From Terriglobia bacterium (GTDB taxonomy: Bacteria; Acidobacteriota; Polarisedimenticolia; Polarisedimenticolales; JAIQFR01), in assembly GCA_963748015.1 (NCBI GenBank), contig CAVVHE010000004.1, forward strand, positions 32,001 to 96,000: a stretch of DNA of 64,000 nucleotides, given 5' to 3'. Every line of letters starts with the position of its first letter. The stretch's first letter is position 1. Position numbers and translations under genes: made by a program. Shown piece after piece: positions 10,076 to 19,078 of this stretch. The notes under the pieces are model-generated. The model ran no database searches. It saw nothing but the letters and a program-made list of their open reading frames with translations, and had not been told where the DNA came from.

Positions 10076-10854
10076 TCGATCTTCGGTGGGTGCGCCTCGA
10101 GAAGACCGACGACGGCATCCGTGTTCTCACGCTGGACCGTCCCCCCGTCAACGCGCTCGGGTTCGAGCTGGTCGAGGACCTCGGTCGGGCCGCGGAGCGG
10201 CTGAGGAAGGACGAGGCCGCCAGATGCCTGATCGTCCGGTCCTCCCAGCGTCATTTCTGTGCGGGCGCGGATCTCAAGGAACGCCAGGCGATGAGCGTGG
10301 ACGAGGTGCGCTCGTTCGTTACCATGCTCTCGAGCGCGGTCGGCGCGATCGCGACGCTCCCGATCCCTTCGATCGCGGCGATTCGCGGCGCGGCGGTCGG
10401 GGGAGGGTGCGAGCTGGCCCTCGCCTGCGATCTCCGCGTGGTCGCCGAGGACGCCGCGATGGGACTTCGGGAGACCGCTCTCGCGATCCTCCCCGGAGCC
10501 GGGGGCACCCAGCGCCTCTCCCGCATCGCGGGGCTCGCGCGGGCGAAGCGCTGGATCTTCACCGCCAAGGCCTACTCCGCCGCGGAGGCCCTCGCCGACG
10601 GCGTCGCCGACAAGGTCGTCGCGCCGGAGCGGCTCGACGCCGAGGCCCGGCGCCTCGCCGAGGCGATCGCGGCGAACGGGCCGGTGGCGGTCCGCCAGGC
10701 CAAGAAGGCGATCGAGGGGGGCTTCGATCTCCCGATTGCCGAAGCCCTCGCCTACGAGTGGGAGTGCTATCAGGCGGTGCTCGCGACCGACGACCGCATC
10801 GAGGCCCTCCGCGCCTTCTCCGAGAAGCGCCCGCCGCGCTTCAGGGGCCGGTAA
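10072..10854 (+). CDS. Enoyl-CoA hydratase/isomerase (methylglutaconyl-CoA hydratase-like)
   Basis: FCAGADLKER, GGGCELALACD, ILPGAGGTQRL, AFSEKRPPRFRGR. Confidence 0.9.
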   Translation: MIDLRWVRLEKTDDGIRVLTLDRPPVNALGFELVEDLGRAAERLRKDEAARCLIVRSSQRHFCAGADLKERQAMSVDEVRSFVTMLSSAVGAIATLPIPSIAAIRGAAVGGGCELALACDLRVVAEDAAMGLRETALAILPGAGGTQRLSRIAGLARAKRWIFTAKAYSAAEALADGVADKVVAPERLDAEARRLAEAIAANGPVAVRQAKKAIEGGFDLPIAEALAYEWECYQAVLATDDRIEALRAFSEKRPPRFRGR

Positions 10855-10888
10855 GTCGCTCGTTCGCCTTCATTCTCCGACAGGTCCA

Positions 10889-10967
10889 CGGCTCGCCCTC
10901 GGCTGAATGCGTTCTCGCCAGCCCAGAAAAGGGCTGTCTACGAACGCATCCAGCCGAGCGCGAGCCG
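10889..10967 (-). repeat. Hairpin repeat family B, copy 2
   Basis: Minus strand reads GGCTGGATGCGTTC-GT-AGA-CAGCCC-TTTTCT-GGGCTG-GC-GA-GAACGCATTCAGCC, with additional outer arms. Confidence 0.8.
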
Positions 10968-11025
10968 CTAGGCTTCGACCGGGCTCGGGTTCGGTTACGG
11001 GCGGAGGCACCCACCCGAGCGTGGC

Positions 11026-11034
11026 TGCTACAAT
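11026..11034 (+). promoter_or_regulatory. Extended -10 (TGcTACAAT) 6 nt before the dusB ATG; probable leaderless transcript
   Basis: Motif ends at 11034, ATG is at 11041, and there is no SD sequence between them. Confidence 0.55.
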
Positions 11035-11040
11035 CGTCGA

Positions 11041-12018
11041 ATGTTGCGAATCGGGGCGGTCGAGATCGAGACGCCGCTGGTGCTCGCGCCGATGGCGGGG
11101 ATCACGGACCGGCAGTTTCGCCTGGTCCTGCGCCGGATCGGCGGGGTCGGTCTCGTGACCATGGAGTTCATCTCGTCGGAAGGGCTGACGCGCGGCCACG
11201 AGCACCCGCGCTCGCTGATGCGATTTTGCGAGGAGGAGCGGCCGATCTCCATCCAGATCTACGGCTCGAGCCCGGGGAGGATGGCGGAGGCGGCGAGGAT
11301 GGTCGAGGAGCTCGGCGCGGACGTCTGCGACGTCAACATGGGGTGCCCCGCGAACAAGGTCCTCAAGGGATGCGCGGGCTGCGGACTCATGGGGGACCTC
11401 GAGCTCGCGGCCCGGATCGTCGCGGCGGTCCGCGGGGCGATCCGGATCCCGCTGACGGTGAAGTTCCGGGCGGGACTCCAGGAGGACCGCCTGAACTTCG
11501 TCGAGCTCGGCCGCATCTGCGAGGCGGAAGGCGTGAACGCCGTCGCGCTGCATCCCCGGACCGCCAAGCAGATGTTCCGTGGAGCCGCGGACTGGAGCCG
11601 GATCGCGCGCCTCAAGGAGGCGCTCTCGATACCGGTGGTCGGAAACGGCGACGTGCACGGCGCGGCCGACGCGGTCCGGATGCTCCGGGAGACCGGGTGC
11701 GACGCCGTCATGATCGGGCGCGCGTCCATGAAGAACCCCTGGATCTACCGGCAGGCGGGAGATCTGCTCGCCGGAAGGACCCCCGCGGAGCCGACCCTCG
11801 AAGACCGCCGGGAGCTGATCCTCGGCCACTTCCGCCTCCTGACCGAACAGGAGGAGCCTGTTCTGGCACTCCACAAGCTGCGCACCTTCACCGGGTGGTA
11901 CACGCACGGCCTCCCCGGTGGCCGGCACTTGCGAACGCGCATCAGCTCGCTCCATTCCGCCGGTGCATTCCTCGAGGCGGTCGAGGAGTTCTTCATCGAG
12001 GCGCGCGCCGCGGCGTGA
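11041..12018 (+). CDS. dusB: tRNA-dihydrouridine synthase B family
   Basis: LAPMAGITD, DVNMGCP, HPRT, GNGDV, VMIGR. Confidence 0.92.
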   Translation: MLRIGAVEIETPLVLAPMAGITDRQFRLVLRRIGGVGLVTMEFISSEGLTRGHEHPRSLMRFCEEERPISIQIYGSSPGRMAEAARMVEELGADVCDVNMGCPANKVLKGCAGCGLMGDLELAARIVAAVRGAIRIPLTVKFRAGLQEDRLNFVELGRICEAEGVNAVALHPRTAKQMFRGAADWSRIARLKEALSIPVVGNGDVHGAADAVRMLRETGCDAVMIGRASMKNPWIYRQAGDLLAGRTPAEPTLEDRRELILGHFRLLTEQEEPVLALHKLRTFTGWYTHGLPGGRHLRTRISSLHSAGAFLEAVEEFFIEARAAA

Positions 12019-12110
12019 CCGCTCCCGCTTGCGAGCACGGCTTCTCCTGACGACGCTGTTCGTATATTCTATTTTCCCGATGGGGTAACTCGGGGTATCG
12101 GCGACCCAAC

Positions 12111-12566
12111 ATGAAAGTCTCGAAAAAGGGCGAGTACGGAGTCCGCGCGCTGTGCCATCTCGCGGAGAGGCACGGCGAGGGGGTCGTCCAGATTCGCGAG
12201 ATCGCCCGGCTCGAGTCGATTCCCTGGAAGTTCCTCGAGGGCATCCTCCTGCAGCTGAAGTCCGCGGGAATCGTCAGGAGCCGGCGGGGCATCGACGGGG
12301 GGTACGCCCTCGCGAGGCCTCCGAACGAGATCGCTATGGGCGAGGTCATCCGGCTCCTCGACGGGCCGCTCGCTCCGATGGGGAGCGCCGCCGAGTTGCG
12401 AGAGCTGATGCAACGGAGCCCTCGCCACGCCGGCTTCTACGAGGTCCTGATGGACGTGAGGAACGCAGCCGCCGCGATCCTCGATCGCACGACCTTGCAG
12501 GACGTCGTGGAGCGCAACGAGCGGTTCCGGCAGCGGGCCTCGGGACGCCAGTCGCTCGACGTTTGA
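12111..12566 (+). CDS. Rrf2 family transcriptional regulator (CymR-like, no Fe-S Cys triad)
   Basis: KGEYGVRAL, FLEGILLQLKSAGIVRSRRGIDGGYALAR, IRLLDGPLAP. Confidence 0.9.
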   Translation: MKVSKKGEYGVRALCHLAERHGEGVVQIREIARLESIPWKFLEGILLQLKSAGIVRSRRGIDGGYALARPPNEIAMGEVIRLLDGPLAPMGSAAELRELMQRSPRHAGFYEVLMDVRNAAAAILDRTTLQDVVERNERFRQRASGRQSLDV

Positions 12567-12592
12567 CACCCGCGCGCGGCGGAGTGTAGGGT
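12563..12592 (+). promoter_or_regulatory. Putative sigma70 promoter TTGACA-N18-TAGGGT for the peptidase gene
   Basis: Perfect -35 overlapping the Rrf2 stop codon, a TANNNT -10, then RBS GAGGAG. Confidence 0.45.
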
Positions 12593-12617
12593 TTCCTCTT
12601 TACCCGAGGAGACCCGC

Positions 12618-13799
12618 ATGAACCTCTCCGCGATCCAGCAGTCCCTTCGCAAGGCCGGCGTCGACGGCTGGCTATTCTGCGACTTCCACCACCGCGATCT
12701 CATGGCCTACCGGATCCTCGGCCTCGACACCGCCGGCTTCACGTCGCGCCGCTGGTTCTACTTCGTTCCCACCGACGGCGAGCCGGTGAAGCTCTCGCAC
12801 CGGGTGGAGCCGCGGAAGCTCGACCCGCTGCCGGGCCGGCAGGAGTTCTTCCTGGCGTGGACCGAGCTGCACGAGCAGCTCCGCGCGGCGCTGGGCGGGC
12901 CGAAGCGGATCGCGATGCAGTACTCGCCGTTGAACGCGATCCCGTACGTCTCGGTCGTGGACGCGGGCACGGTCGAGCTGGTCCGCTCGTTCGGCCACGA
13001 GGTCGTGTCGTCCGCCGACCTCGTCCAGGAGTTCGAGGCGGTGATCGACGACGCGGGGTACCGGAGCCACGTCGAGGCGGGGGAGTGGGTCCAGCAAGTC
13101 AAGGACGAGGCGTTCGCGATGATGGGCGACGCCCTCCGCGCGGGGAAGAAGGTGACCGAGTTCGAGGTGAAGGAGCACGTGCTGGCCCGTTTCGAGGCCC
13201 TCGGGGTGACCTGCGAGACGGAGACGCCGATCATCGGGTTCAACGACCATCCCTCGGATCCTCACTTCGAGCCGAAACAGGCCAACACGTACACCCTCAA
13301 GTACGGCGACACGATCCTCGTGGACGTGTGGGCGCGGCGGAAGGACCCGGTCGGGATTTACTACGACATCACCTGGTGCGGCTTCGCCGGGAAGGAGCCG
13401 CCGGCGCAGTACGTCGAGATCTTCGGCGTGGTCCGCGACGCCCGCGACGCGGCGCTCGAGTTCGTTCGCCAGCGGTACGCCGCGGGGAAGCCCGTCCACG
13501 GCTGGGAAGTGGACGACGCCTGCCGCAACGTCGTGGTCGCCGCCGGGTACGGGAAGCAGTTCCTCCACCGGACCGGCCACAGCATCGGCATCAAGGTCCA
13601 CGGGAACGGCGTGAACATCGACAACCTCGAGACGCGCGACGAGCGCCTGCTCGTGCCCGGTATCTGCTTTTCGGTCGAGCCCGGGATCTACCTGGCGGGG
13701 AAGATGGCGGTCCGGAGCGAGATCGACGTGTTCATCACGCCGGCCGGGAAGGTCGAGGTGTCGGGCCCGATGCAGAAGGAGCTGGTCCTGGTCGGGTGA
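12618..13799 (+). CDS. M24 family metallopeptidase (Xaa-Pro aminopeptidase-like)
   Basis: DITW, HRTGHSIG, FSVEPGIY, VRSEID. Confidence 0.9.
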   Translation: MNLSAIQQSLRKAGVDGWLFCDFHHRDLMAYRILGLDTAGFTSRRWFYFVPTDGEPVKLSHRVEPRKLDPLPGRQEFFLAWTELHEQLRAALGGPKRIAMQYSPLNAIPYVSVVDAGTVELVRSFGHEVVSSADLVQEFEAVIDDAGYRSHVEAGEWVQQVKDEAFAMMGDALRAGKKVTEFEVKEHVLARFEALGVTCETETPIIGFNDHPSDPHFEPKQANTYTLKYGDTILVDVWARRKDPVGIYYDITWCGFAGKEPPAQYVEIFGVVRDARDAALEFVRQRYAAGKPVHGWEVDDACRNVVVAAGYGKQFLHRTGHSIGIKVHGNGVNIDNLETRDERLLVPGICFSVEPGIYLAGKMAVRSEIDVFITPAGKVEVSGPMQKELVLVG

Positions 13800-13820
13800 C
13801 GGGGCGCCGCGGACCGCGGG

Positions 13821-14441
13821 TCAGCCGAGAAGCAGGCCCCTTGCCCCGGTCCAGAGCTCGTAGCAGGCGAAGCCGAGCAGGGCGATCGCCGAGGCGCCGA
13901 CGAGAGCCCGGCAGATTCGAGGCCCCAGATTCCTCGCGGCCGAGAAGAGAACGATGATCCCGGCGGTCACGAGGATCATCGTGACGTAGAAGCCGAGGAT
14001 CAGGGCCAGCCCGTTGGCGGGGGTTTCCCGCCAGCCCTTGAGGAGCAGGGGGCCGAGGACCAGGCTCCATCCGAGATAGGGATTCGGGTTGAGCAGGTTC
14101 ACCAGGGCCGCGCTGAGCACGGTCTTCCGGCTGGCCCCGGTTTCGTCGGTGCTTGCCTCCCGGCTCTTCCGCCAGGACCCGAACGCGCCCCAAGCCAGGT
14201 AGAGAAGGAACGCCCCGCCGGCGCAGCGCAGCGCTGGTTCGAACCCGGGGGGCACCTGGGTCAGGACGAGGAGCGCGAGAACGATGATCGGGCCGTCGCT
14301 GACGAGTGGGGCCAGGGCGGCGGGCAGCGTGCGGCGCCAGCCCTGGCTCACCGCCCTCGAGATCAGGAAGGTCTGGAACGGTCCGGGTTGCGCTGCGGCC
14401 GCGAAGGCATAGGTGGCCCCGAGGAGCAGGTACGCGATCAC
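13821..14441 (-). CDS. LysE family translocator
   Basis: QPGP near the N-terminus, YLAW, VNLLNPNPYL; GTG start overlaps the upstream stop. Confidence 0.87.
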   Translation of the reverse strand: MIAYLLLGATYAFAAAAQPGPFQTFLISRAVSQGWRRTLPAALAPLVSDGPIIVLALLVLTQVPPGFEPALRCAGGAFLLYLAWGAFGSWRKSREASTDETGASRKTVLSAALVNLLNPNPYLGWSLVLGPLLLKGWRETPANGLALILGFYVTMILVTAGIIVLFSAARNLGPRICRALVGASAIALLGFACYELWTGARGLLLG

Positions 14442-15097
14442 CGCGCGTCCTCGACACGGCTCGCGAGCCGTTCCGCTCCCTCGCGCACGGCCTCGGCCGC
14501 CTCCTGGATCTTCCCCGGGAACAGGTGGGAGGCGCCGGGGATCACGATCAGCTCGACGGGCGCCTTGGCGCGGTCGAGCACCGCGCGAACCTCCTCGGGA
14601 GTCCCGAACTCGTCCTCGCTTCCCTGGACGACCGCCAGCGGGCGATCGAGTCTCGCGAGCTCCTCGAAGCCGTAGGCGCGCACCGGGAGTCCTATGGCGA
14701 CGACCGCCGAGACGGAGGGGTCGGCGACCGCCTCGCGGATCGCGCACCACGAGCCGAAGGAGTAACCGATCGCGAGGAGCGGGACGTCGGGCGCGACGCC
14801 GCGCAGCCAGGAAAGCGCGGCGGCCACGTCGCCGACCTCGCCGCGGCCGTCGTCGTGAGGGCCGTCGCTCGTCCCGACCCCGCGGAAGTTGAATCGCAGC
14901 GTGGTCCATCCCGCCCGGTGCAGCTCGCGATCCGCGTGGAAGACCACGGGGTTGTGGAGCGTCCCTCCGTGCAGCGGGTGAGGGTGCGCGAGCACCGCCG
15001 CGGCGCGCGCGGCCGGCGCGACCCTCAGCGCGCACTCGAGCCGCCCCGCCGGTCCCTCGATCCAGAGCTTTCGCACCTCGGCCACTTCTTCCTCCAT
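14438..15097 (-). CDS. Alpha/beta hydrolase
   Basis: IEGPAGRLE, HPHPLHGGT, RFNFRGVG, GYSFG nucleophile elbow, GASHLF. Confidence 0.9.
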   Translation of the reverse strand: MEEEVAEVRKLWIEGPAGRLECALRVAPAARAAAVLAHPHPLHGGTLHNPVVFHADRELHRAGWTTLRFNFRGVGTSDGPHDDGRGEVGDVAAALSWLRGVAPDVPLLAIGYSFGSWCAIREAVADPSVSAVVAIGLPVRAYGFEELARLDRPLAVVQGSEDEFGTPEEVRAVLDRAKAPVELIVIPGASHLFPGKIQEAAEAVREGAERLASRVEDAR

Positions 15098-15189
15098 GGG
15101 CGAACACTTCCCGGTCGTCCGACAGTCTAGTGCCCCGTGGTCGTGGTTCGCATCTCGGTTGAATCGCCTCGAACGGCTGCTTGGTCGCA

Positions 15190-15384
15190 CACCGGCGGAG
15201 GTCCGCAGAGCATCCCGCGGCGACCTCCCTCGGCGACGACCCGCATCGGGCGCGCGAGGGGTCGAGCAAGCGCGATGGCGCGGACCCTAGCGCCATCGCG
15301 CTCGACCCCTCGCGCGCCCGTGCAGGGGTCCCCGTCGCCTCGGGCATTGTCGCCGCGGGATGGTCCACGGCCCCTCCGCCGGTG
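15190..15384 (+). repeat. Hairpin repeat family A, copy 1
   Basis: Shared ~125-bp core (CTCCCTCGGCGACGACCCGCATCGG...TGCAGGGGTCCCCGTCGCCTCGGGCAT); arms are 14 bp + 12 bp inverted repeats separated by an internal loop. Confidence 0.9.
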
Positions 15385-15463
15385 GGAGCGTTGCCCTTGC
15401 GCAATTGAACTGCTCGACGGCGGAAGGAGGAGGCGCGATCGTGGAGATGTCGTCACAGCCCGA

Positions 15464-15985
15464 GTGGAGACCGCCACGAATTCCCATCGCGACACTCCCC
15501 GATCATCGAGGCGCTGGCTCGCCGGCGCGGTGTGGCTGGCGGTGTGGATTCTTGTCCTCTGGACCTTCGCCGCTCCCTGGCGGAATCTCGGCGGGCTGGT
15601 GGACGAGAGGCTCCGGTGGCTCGAGGACGTGGCGTTGTTCTCCGCGCTGTCGCTGGGGCTCACGGTCGGGGGGCTCGGGCGGGACGCGGCCGAGTCGGGC
15701 CCGGGGTGGACGCACCTCCGACTGCTGCGGCGAGCGCTCTATCCGATGGGCGTGACGGCGGCCGTGGCGCTCGTGGTGCTCCAAGCGCTCGGGCTGCGCG
15801 ACGTTGCGGGCGTCGTCGTCACGGCGCTCCTGGCCTACTGGGCCGGGCTGGACCTGGCGTTCGGCGCGTTCCCCCTCATGGCGGGGCGTAGCTACCGCTT
15901 CGAGCGGCCGCTCGATCCGCCGCCGCTCGAGGCGCGACGAGACGACCGAGGTGCTTCCTGGGTCCCGCCGTGGGAGCGCTTCTGA
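15464..15985 (+). CDS. Hypothetical membrane protein (about four TM segments)
   Basis: Hydrophobic C-terminal part of ORF 15137..15985; the upstream part of that ORF is repeat A. Start is uncertain. Confidence 0.6.
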   Translation: METATNSHRDTPRSSRRWLAGAVWLAVWILVLWTFAAPWRNLGGLVDERLRWLEDVALFSALSLGLTVGGLGRDAAESGPGWTHLRLLRRALYPMGVTAAVALVVLQALGLRDVAGVVVTALLAYWAGLDLAFGAFPLMAGRSYRFERPLDPPPLEARRDDRGASWVPPWERF

Positions 15986-17076
15986 CTCGCCGCAGCGCCT
16001 GGCTCGGCTGCGACGATCCCGGCGATCCGCAGGATCTTTCTCGTTGCGCCTGAAATCGCAACCGATCCGAGATCTCCCGGACGCGCCCAGCGGGCGCCGT
16101 CCGGCGGGGTCGCCGAACTCCCGATCTCGACGGCGCAGAAGATCGAGAGCAGGAGCCTCCGCCGCAGGATCGAGTGGGGCACCACGTCGAGCTCGTCGCT
16201 CATCTCCACGGTCAGGCCCTGGCGAGCCAGGAACGCCCGGAGGCACTCGCCAGAGTCCCGTCCGTGCGGTACCACGACCGATGGAAGGTCCCACGATCCG
16301 CGTAGCGGAGTCTCGGGGCCTCGCTTCGACAGCAGGATGCGCCCGTGACGGCGTATCACCGCGACCGCCACCTTCACGGTAACGGTCCGGGCCGCCCGGC
16401 GCGCGGACGGGTAGTTCTCGGGATCGCCGGCGGCGCGCGCGCGGCAGGCGGCGCTCGCGGGGCAGGCATCGCAGCGCGGGCTCCGCGGCGTGCACACCAG
16501 CGCGCCCAGCTCCATCAGCGACTGGTTCAGATCGCCGGGAGACGCGCCGCGCACGAGGTCGCGGGCTACGCTCCAGAGGTGGCGTTCCTCGGCCGCGCCG
16601 GATCCTCGCCTTGCCAGAAGACGAGACAGGACGCGGCGGACGTTGCCGTCGAGCACCGGCTCTGGGCGCCCGAACGCCACGCTGGCGATCGCGCCCGCGG
16701 TGTACCGGCCGATGCCCGGAAGGGCGAGCAGCGCCTCCGGGTCGTCGGGAACGCGGCCGCCGTGGCGCTCGACCACGACGCGCGCTCCGGCCTGAAGCGA
16801 GCGGGCGCGACGGTAGTACCCCAGGCCGCTCCACGCCCCGAGCACTGCCTCCTCCGGCGCCTGGGCCAGCTCGGCGACGCCGGGAAACGCCGCAAGGAAC
16901 CTCTCGTAGTACGGCAGCACGGTGGCGACCTGCGTCTGCTGGAGCATCGCCTCCGACACCCAGATCGCGTACGGGTCGCGCGTCCGCCGCCACGGCAGGT
17001 CCCGCCGGTTCGCGCGGTACCAGCGAAGAAGCGCGCGCCGGACGCTCGGAACGGGGAGCTCCGGGCTATCGGGCAT
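15892..17076 (-). CDS. mutY: A/G-specific adenine glycosylase
   Basis: RDLPWR, IWVSEAMLQQTQV, GLGYYRRAR, LPGIGRYTAGAI, LDGNVRRV, CTPRSPRCDACP. Confidence 0.95.
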   Translation of the reverse strand: MPDSPELPVPSVRRALLRWYRANRRDLPWRRTRDPYAIWVSEAMLQQTQVATVLPYYERFLAAFPGVAELAQAPEEAVLGAWSGLGYYRRARSLQAGARVVVERHGGRVPDDPEALLALPGIGRYTAGAIASVAFGRPEPVLDGNVRRVLSRLLARRGSGAAEERHLWSVARDLVRGASPGDLNQSLMELGALVCTPRSPRCDACPASAACRARAAGDPENYPSARRAARTVTVKVAVAVIRRHGRILLSKRGPETPLRGSWDLPSVVVPHGRDSGECLRAFLARQGLTVEMSDELDVVPHSILRRRLLLSIFCAVEIGSSATPPDGARWARPGDLGSVAISGATRKILRIAGIVAAEPGAAASQKRSHGGTQEAPRSSRRASSGGGSSGRSKR

Positions 17077-17866
17077 CGCGTGGAGATTCCCGACCGAAGC
17101 GCCGTGCGACGAGCCTGCGCATGGCTTCCGGATCATCCGTGAAGATGCCGTCGGCGCCCGCCGCGATCAGCGCTTCGAGCTCCCGGGCGCGGTTCACGAC
17201 GTAGGCGATCACCTCGAGCCCTGCCGCGTGCGCCCTCGCCACGAACCGGGGGGTGCAGAGCCGGCGGTCGGGGTGGAGCGCGCCGGCGCCGATCTCCCGC
17301 GCCGCGGCGACGGGGTCGCCTCGCCGCCACCTCGGGACGGTCAGGGCGAGCGGAACGCGCGGCGCTCGCCCGGCGGCGGCGGCGAGCAGCGGCCAGCAGG
17401 ACGACGAGACGGCGACGCCTCCCGGGCGCTCGTGGCGCCGCAGCGCCGCGAGCACTTTTTCGAGAAGATCAAGGTCGTCCGGATGCGCCGCGCCGCGCCC
17501 GGCGCGGTGGTGGGCCTTGAGCTCGACGATCACGGGCACGCGGCCGCGCACGAGCGCCAAGGCGCCGTCGAGGTCCAGTAGACGCTCCCCCGCGAAACGC
17601 CTCGAGAACCAGGAGCCCGCGTCGAGGCCCGATAGCTCGAGCCAGGTGCGATCGGCGAGCCTCCCGCGCCCGCTCGTCGTCCGGTCGAGCGTTGCGTCGT
17701 GGAGGACGACGACGTGCCCGTCCTTGGTCCGGCCGACGTCCAGCTCGATCGCGTCGGCGCCCGCATCTAGCGCCGAGCCGAAGCTCGCGGCGGTGTTCTC
17801 CGGAGCCCCGGCCGAAGCGCCCCGGTGGCCGACGATGCAGGGAGGCCTGCCGGCTCCGGCGGTCAT
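17066..17866 (-). CDS. Glycerophosphodiester phosphodiesterase family protein
   Basis: GHRGASAGAPENT, IELDV, HDATLDRTT, ELK, GIFTDDP. Confidence 0.92.
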   Translation of the reverse strand: MTAGAGRPPCIVGHRGASAGAPENTAASFGSALDAGADAIELDVGRTKDGHVVVLHDATLDRTTSGRGRLADRTWLELSGLDAGSWFSRRFAGERLLDLDGALALVRGRVPVIVELKAHHRAGRGAAHPDDLDLLEKVLAALRRHERPGGVAVSSSCWPLLAAAAGRAPRVPLALTVPRWRRGDPVAAAREIGAGALHPDRRLCTPRFVARAHAAGLEVIAYVVNRARELEALIAAGADGIFTDDPEAMRRLVARRFGRESPRDAR

Positions 17867-17870
17867 CCCG

Positions 17871-18191
17871 TTACCGCATGTGGGGCAGGCGCAGGTCCTC
17901 GACCGGCCGGCCGCCGACGAGGTGCTCCTCGACGATCCGGTCCACGTCCTCGACGCGGACGTGCCCGTACCAGACCGCCTCCGGGTAGACCACGACGGTG
18001 ACCCCCTGGGCGCACTGGCCGAGGCATCCCGCGGAGTTGACCCTGACGCGCCCGACGAGGCCGGCCATGGCCACGGCGTCCTTGAGGCGGGCGCGCACCT
18101 CTCTGCCTCCCTTCGCGGAGCAACACCCCTTCGGGTTGTCGGGAGGCCGCTCGTTCTCGCAGACGAACACGTGTCGCTCGTAAATGGGCAT
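17871..18191 (-). CDS. Thioredoxin-like [2Fe-2S] ferredoxin
   Basis: MPIYERHVFVCEN...GCC...RVNSAGCLGQCAQG..VVVYPEAVWY; TATAAT lies 6 nt upstream of the ATG. Confidence 0.92.
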   Translation of the reverse strand: MPIYERHVFVCENERPPDNPKGCCSAKGGREVRARLKDAVAMAGLVGRVRVNSAGCLGQCAQGVTVVVYPEAVWYGHVRVEDVDRIVEEHLVGGRPVEDLRLPHMR

Positions 18192-18317
18192 GGGGCGATT
18201 ATAGCGTGGGCGGGGCGGCTCGCCGGAGAAGGCGGCCAAGCGGCCGTATGCTACGATGCGGCGCTCGAATGCGATCCGCGCGGGCACGGTCCCGCGCTGG
18301 AACGGGGAGACGAACAG

Positions 18318-18518
18318 ATGGCCTCGAAGAACGTGGAGCAGCTCAAGACGAAGACCGCCGCGCTCAAGAAGAAGCTCGCGGCGAAGGGCGGGTCCCTGGA
18401 GGGAACCGGCCTCAGGGATCTCAAGAAGAAGATCCGCCGGGTACAGCGGAAGCGCCGCCGCCTCGAGTCCGACGCGGCCCGGATCGCCAAGGCCGGGAAG
18501 AAGAAGAAGGCGGAGTAA
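18318..18518 (+). CDS. Small, highly basic Lys/Arg-rich protein (66 aa)
   Basis: RBS GGAG, strongly AAG-biased codons, upstream TGcTACGAT -10; MASKNVEQLKTKTAALKKKLAAK...KKKKAE. Confidence 0.75.
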   Translation: MASKNVEQLKTKTAALKKKLAAKGGSLEGTGLRDLKKKIRRVQRKRRRLESDAARIAKAGKKKKAE

Positions 18519-18526
18519 ACCCGCCC

Positions 18527-19054
18527 GTGAGACCTTGGCGCCGGCTCGGCTCCGAGCGGCTCCAGCGCTGCACGGTCTTCGACCTGGACCGGGTCCGGTT
18601 CGAGCCGCCCGAGGGGCCGGCGAGGGACTTCTGGGTCGTCGAGGCCCCCGACTGGATCAACGTCATCCCGCTCACCGACGACGGCCGGGTCGTGCTGGTC
18701 AAGCAGTACCGTTTCGGCATCGAGGGGTTCACCCTCGAGATCCCCGGCGGCATGTGCGACGCCGCCGAGCCCCCGCTCGACGCGGCGCGCCGCGAGCTTC
18801 GCGAGGAGACCGGCTACGAGGCCCGGGAGCTCGTTCCCCTCGGCTGGGTGCATCCCAACCCCGCCGTCCAGACCAACCGCTGCCACACGTACCTTGCCCT
18901 CGGCGCGCGTCCGGCAGGCGAGCCCAGCCCCGACGAGGACGAGGCGTTCGAGGTCTCCACCGTCCCTCTCGACCGCATTCCCGCCCTGATCCGCGACGGC
19001 ACGATCACCCACTCGCTGGTGATCGCCGCCTTCCACCTGCTCTCGCTGCGCTGA
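18527..19054 (+). CDS. NUDIX hydrolase (ADP-ribose pyrophosphatase-like)
   Basis: LVKQYRF, LEIPGG...AARRELREETGY Nudix box. Confidence 0.92.
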   Translation: MRPWRRLGSERLQRCTVFDLDRVRFEPPEGPARDFWVVEAPDWINVIPLTDDGRVVLVKQYRFGIEGFTLEIPGGMCDAAEPPLDAARRELREETGYEARELVPLGWVHPNPAVQTNRCHTYLALGARPAGEPSPDEDEAFEVSTVPLDRIPALIRDGTITHSLVIAAFHLLSLR

Positions 19055-19078
19055 GGTCCCCGCTACCCGTGCGAGGCG

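Noticed and set aside
15127..15755. Recurrent peptides (MPEATGTPARPREGSSAMALG; RPPSATTRIGRARGRA) in several ORFs
   Set aside because: They are translations of repeat family A in different frames, with no consistent start or RBS.
15892..15985. Convergent 3' overlap of mutY with the membrane protein gene
   Set aside because: The mutY tail is low-complexity run-on sequence, which is common in GC-rich genomes with few stop codons.
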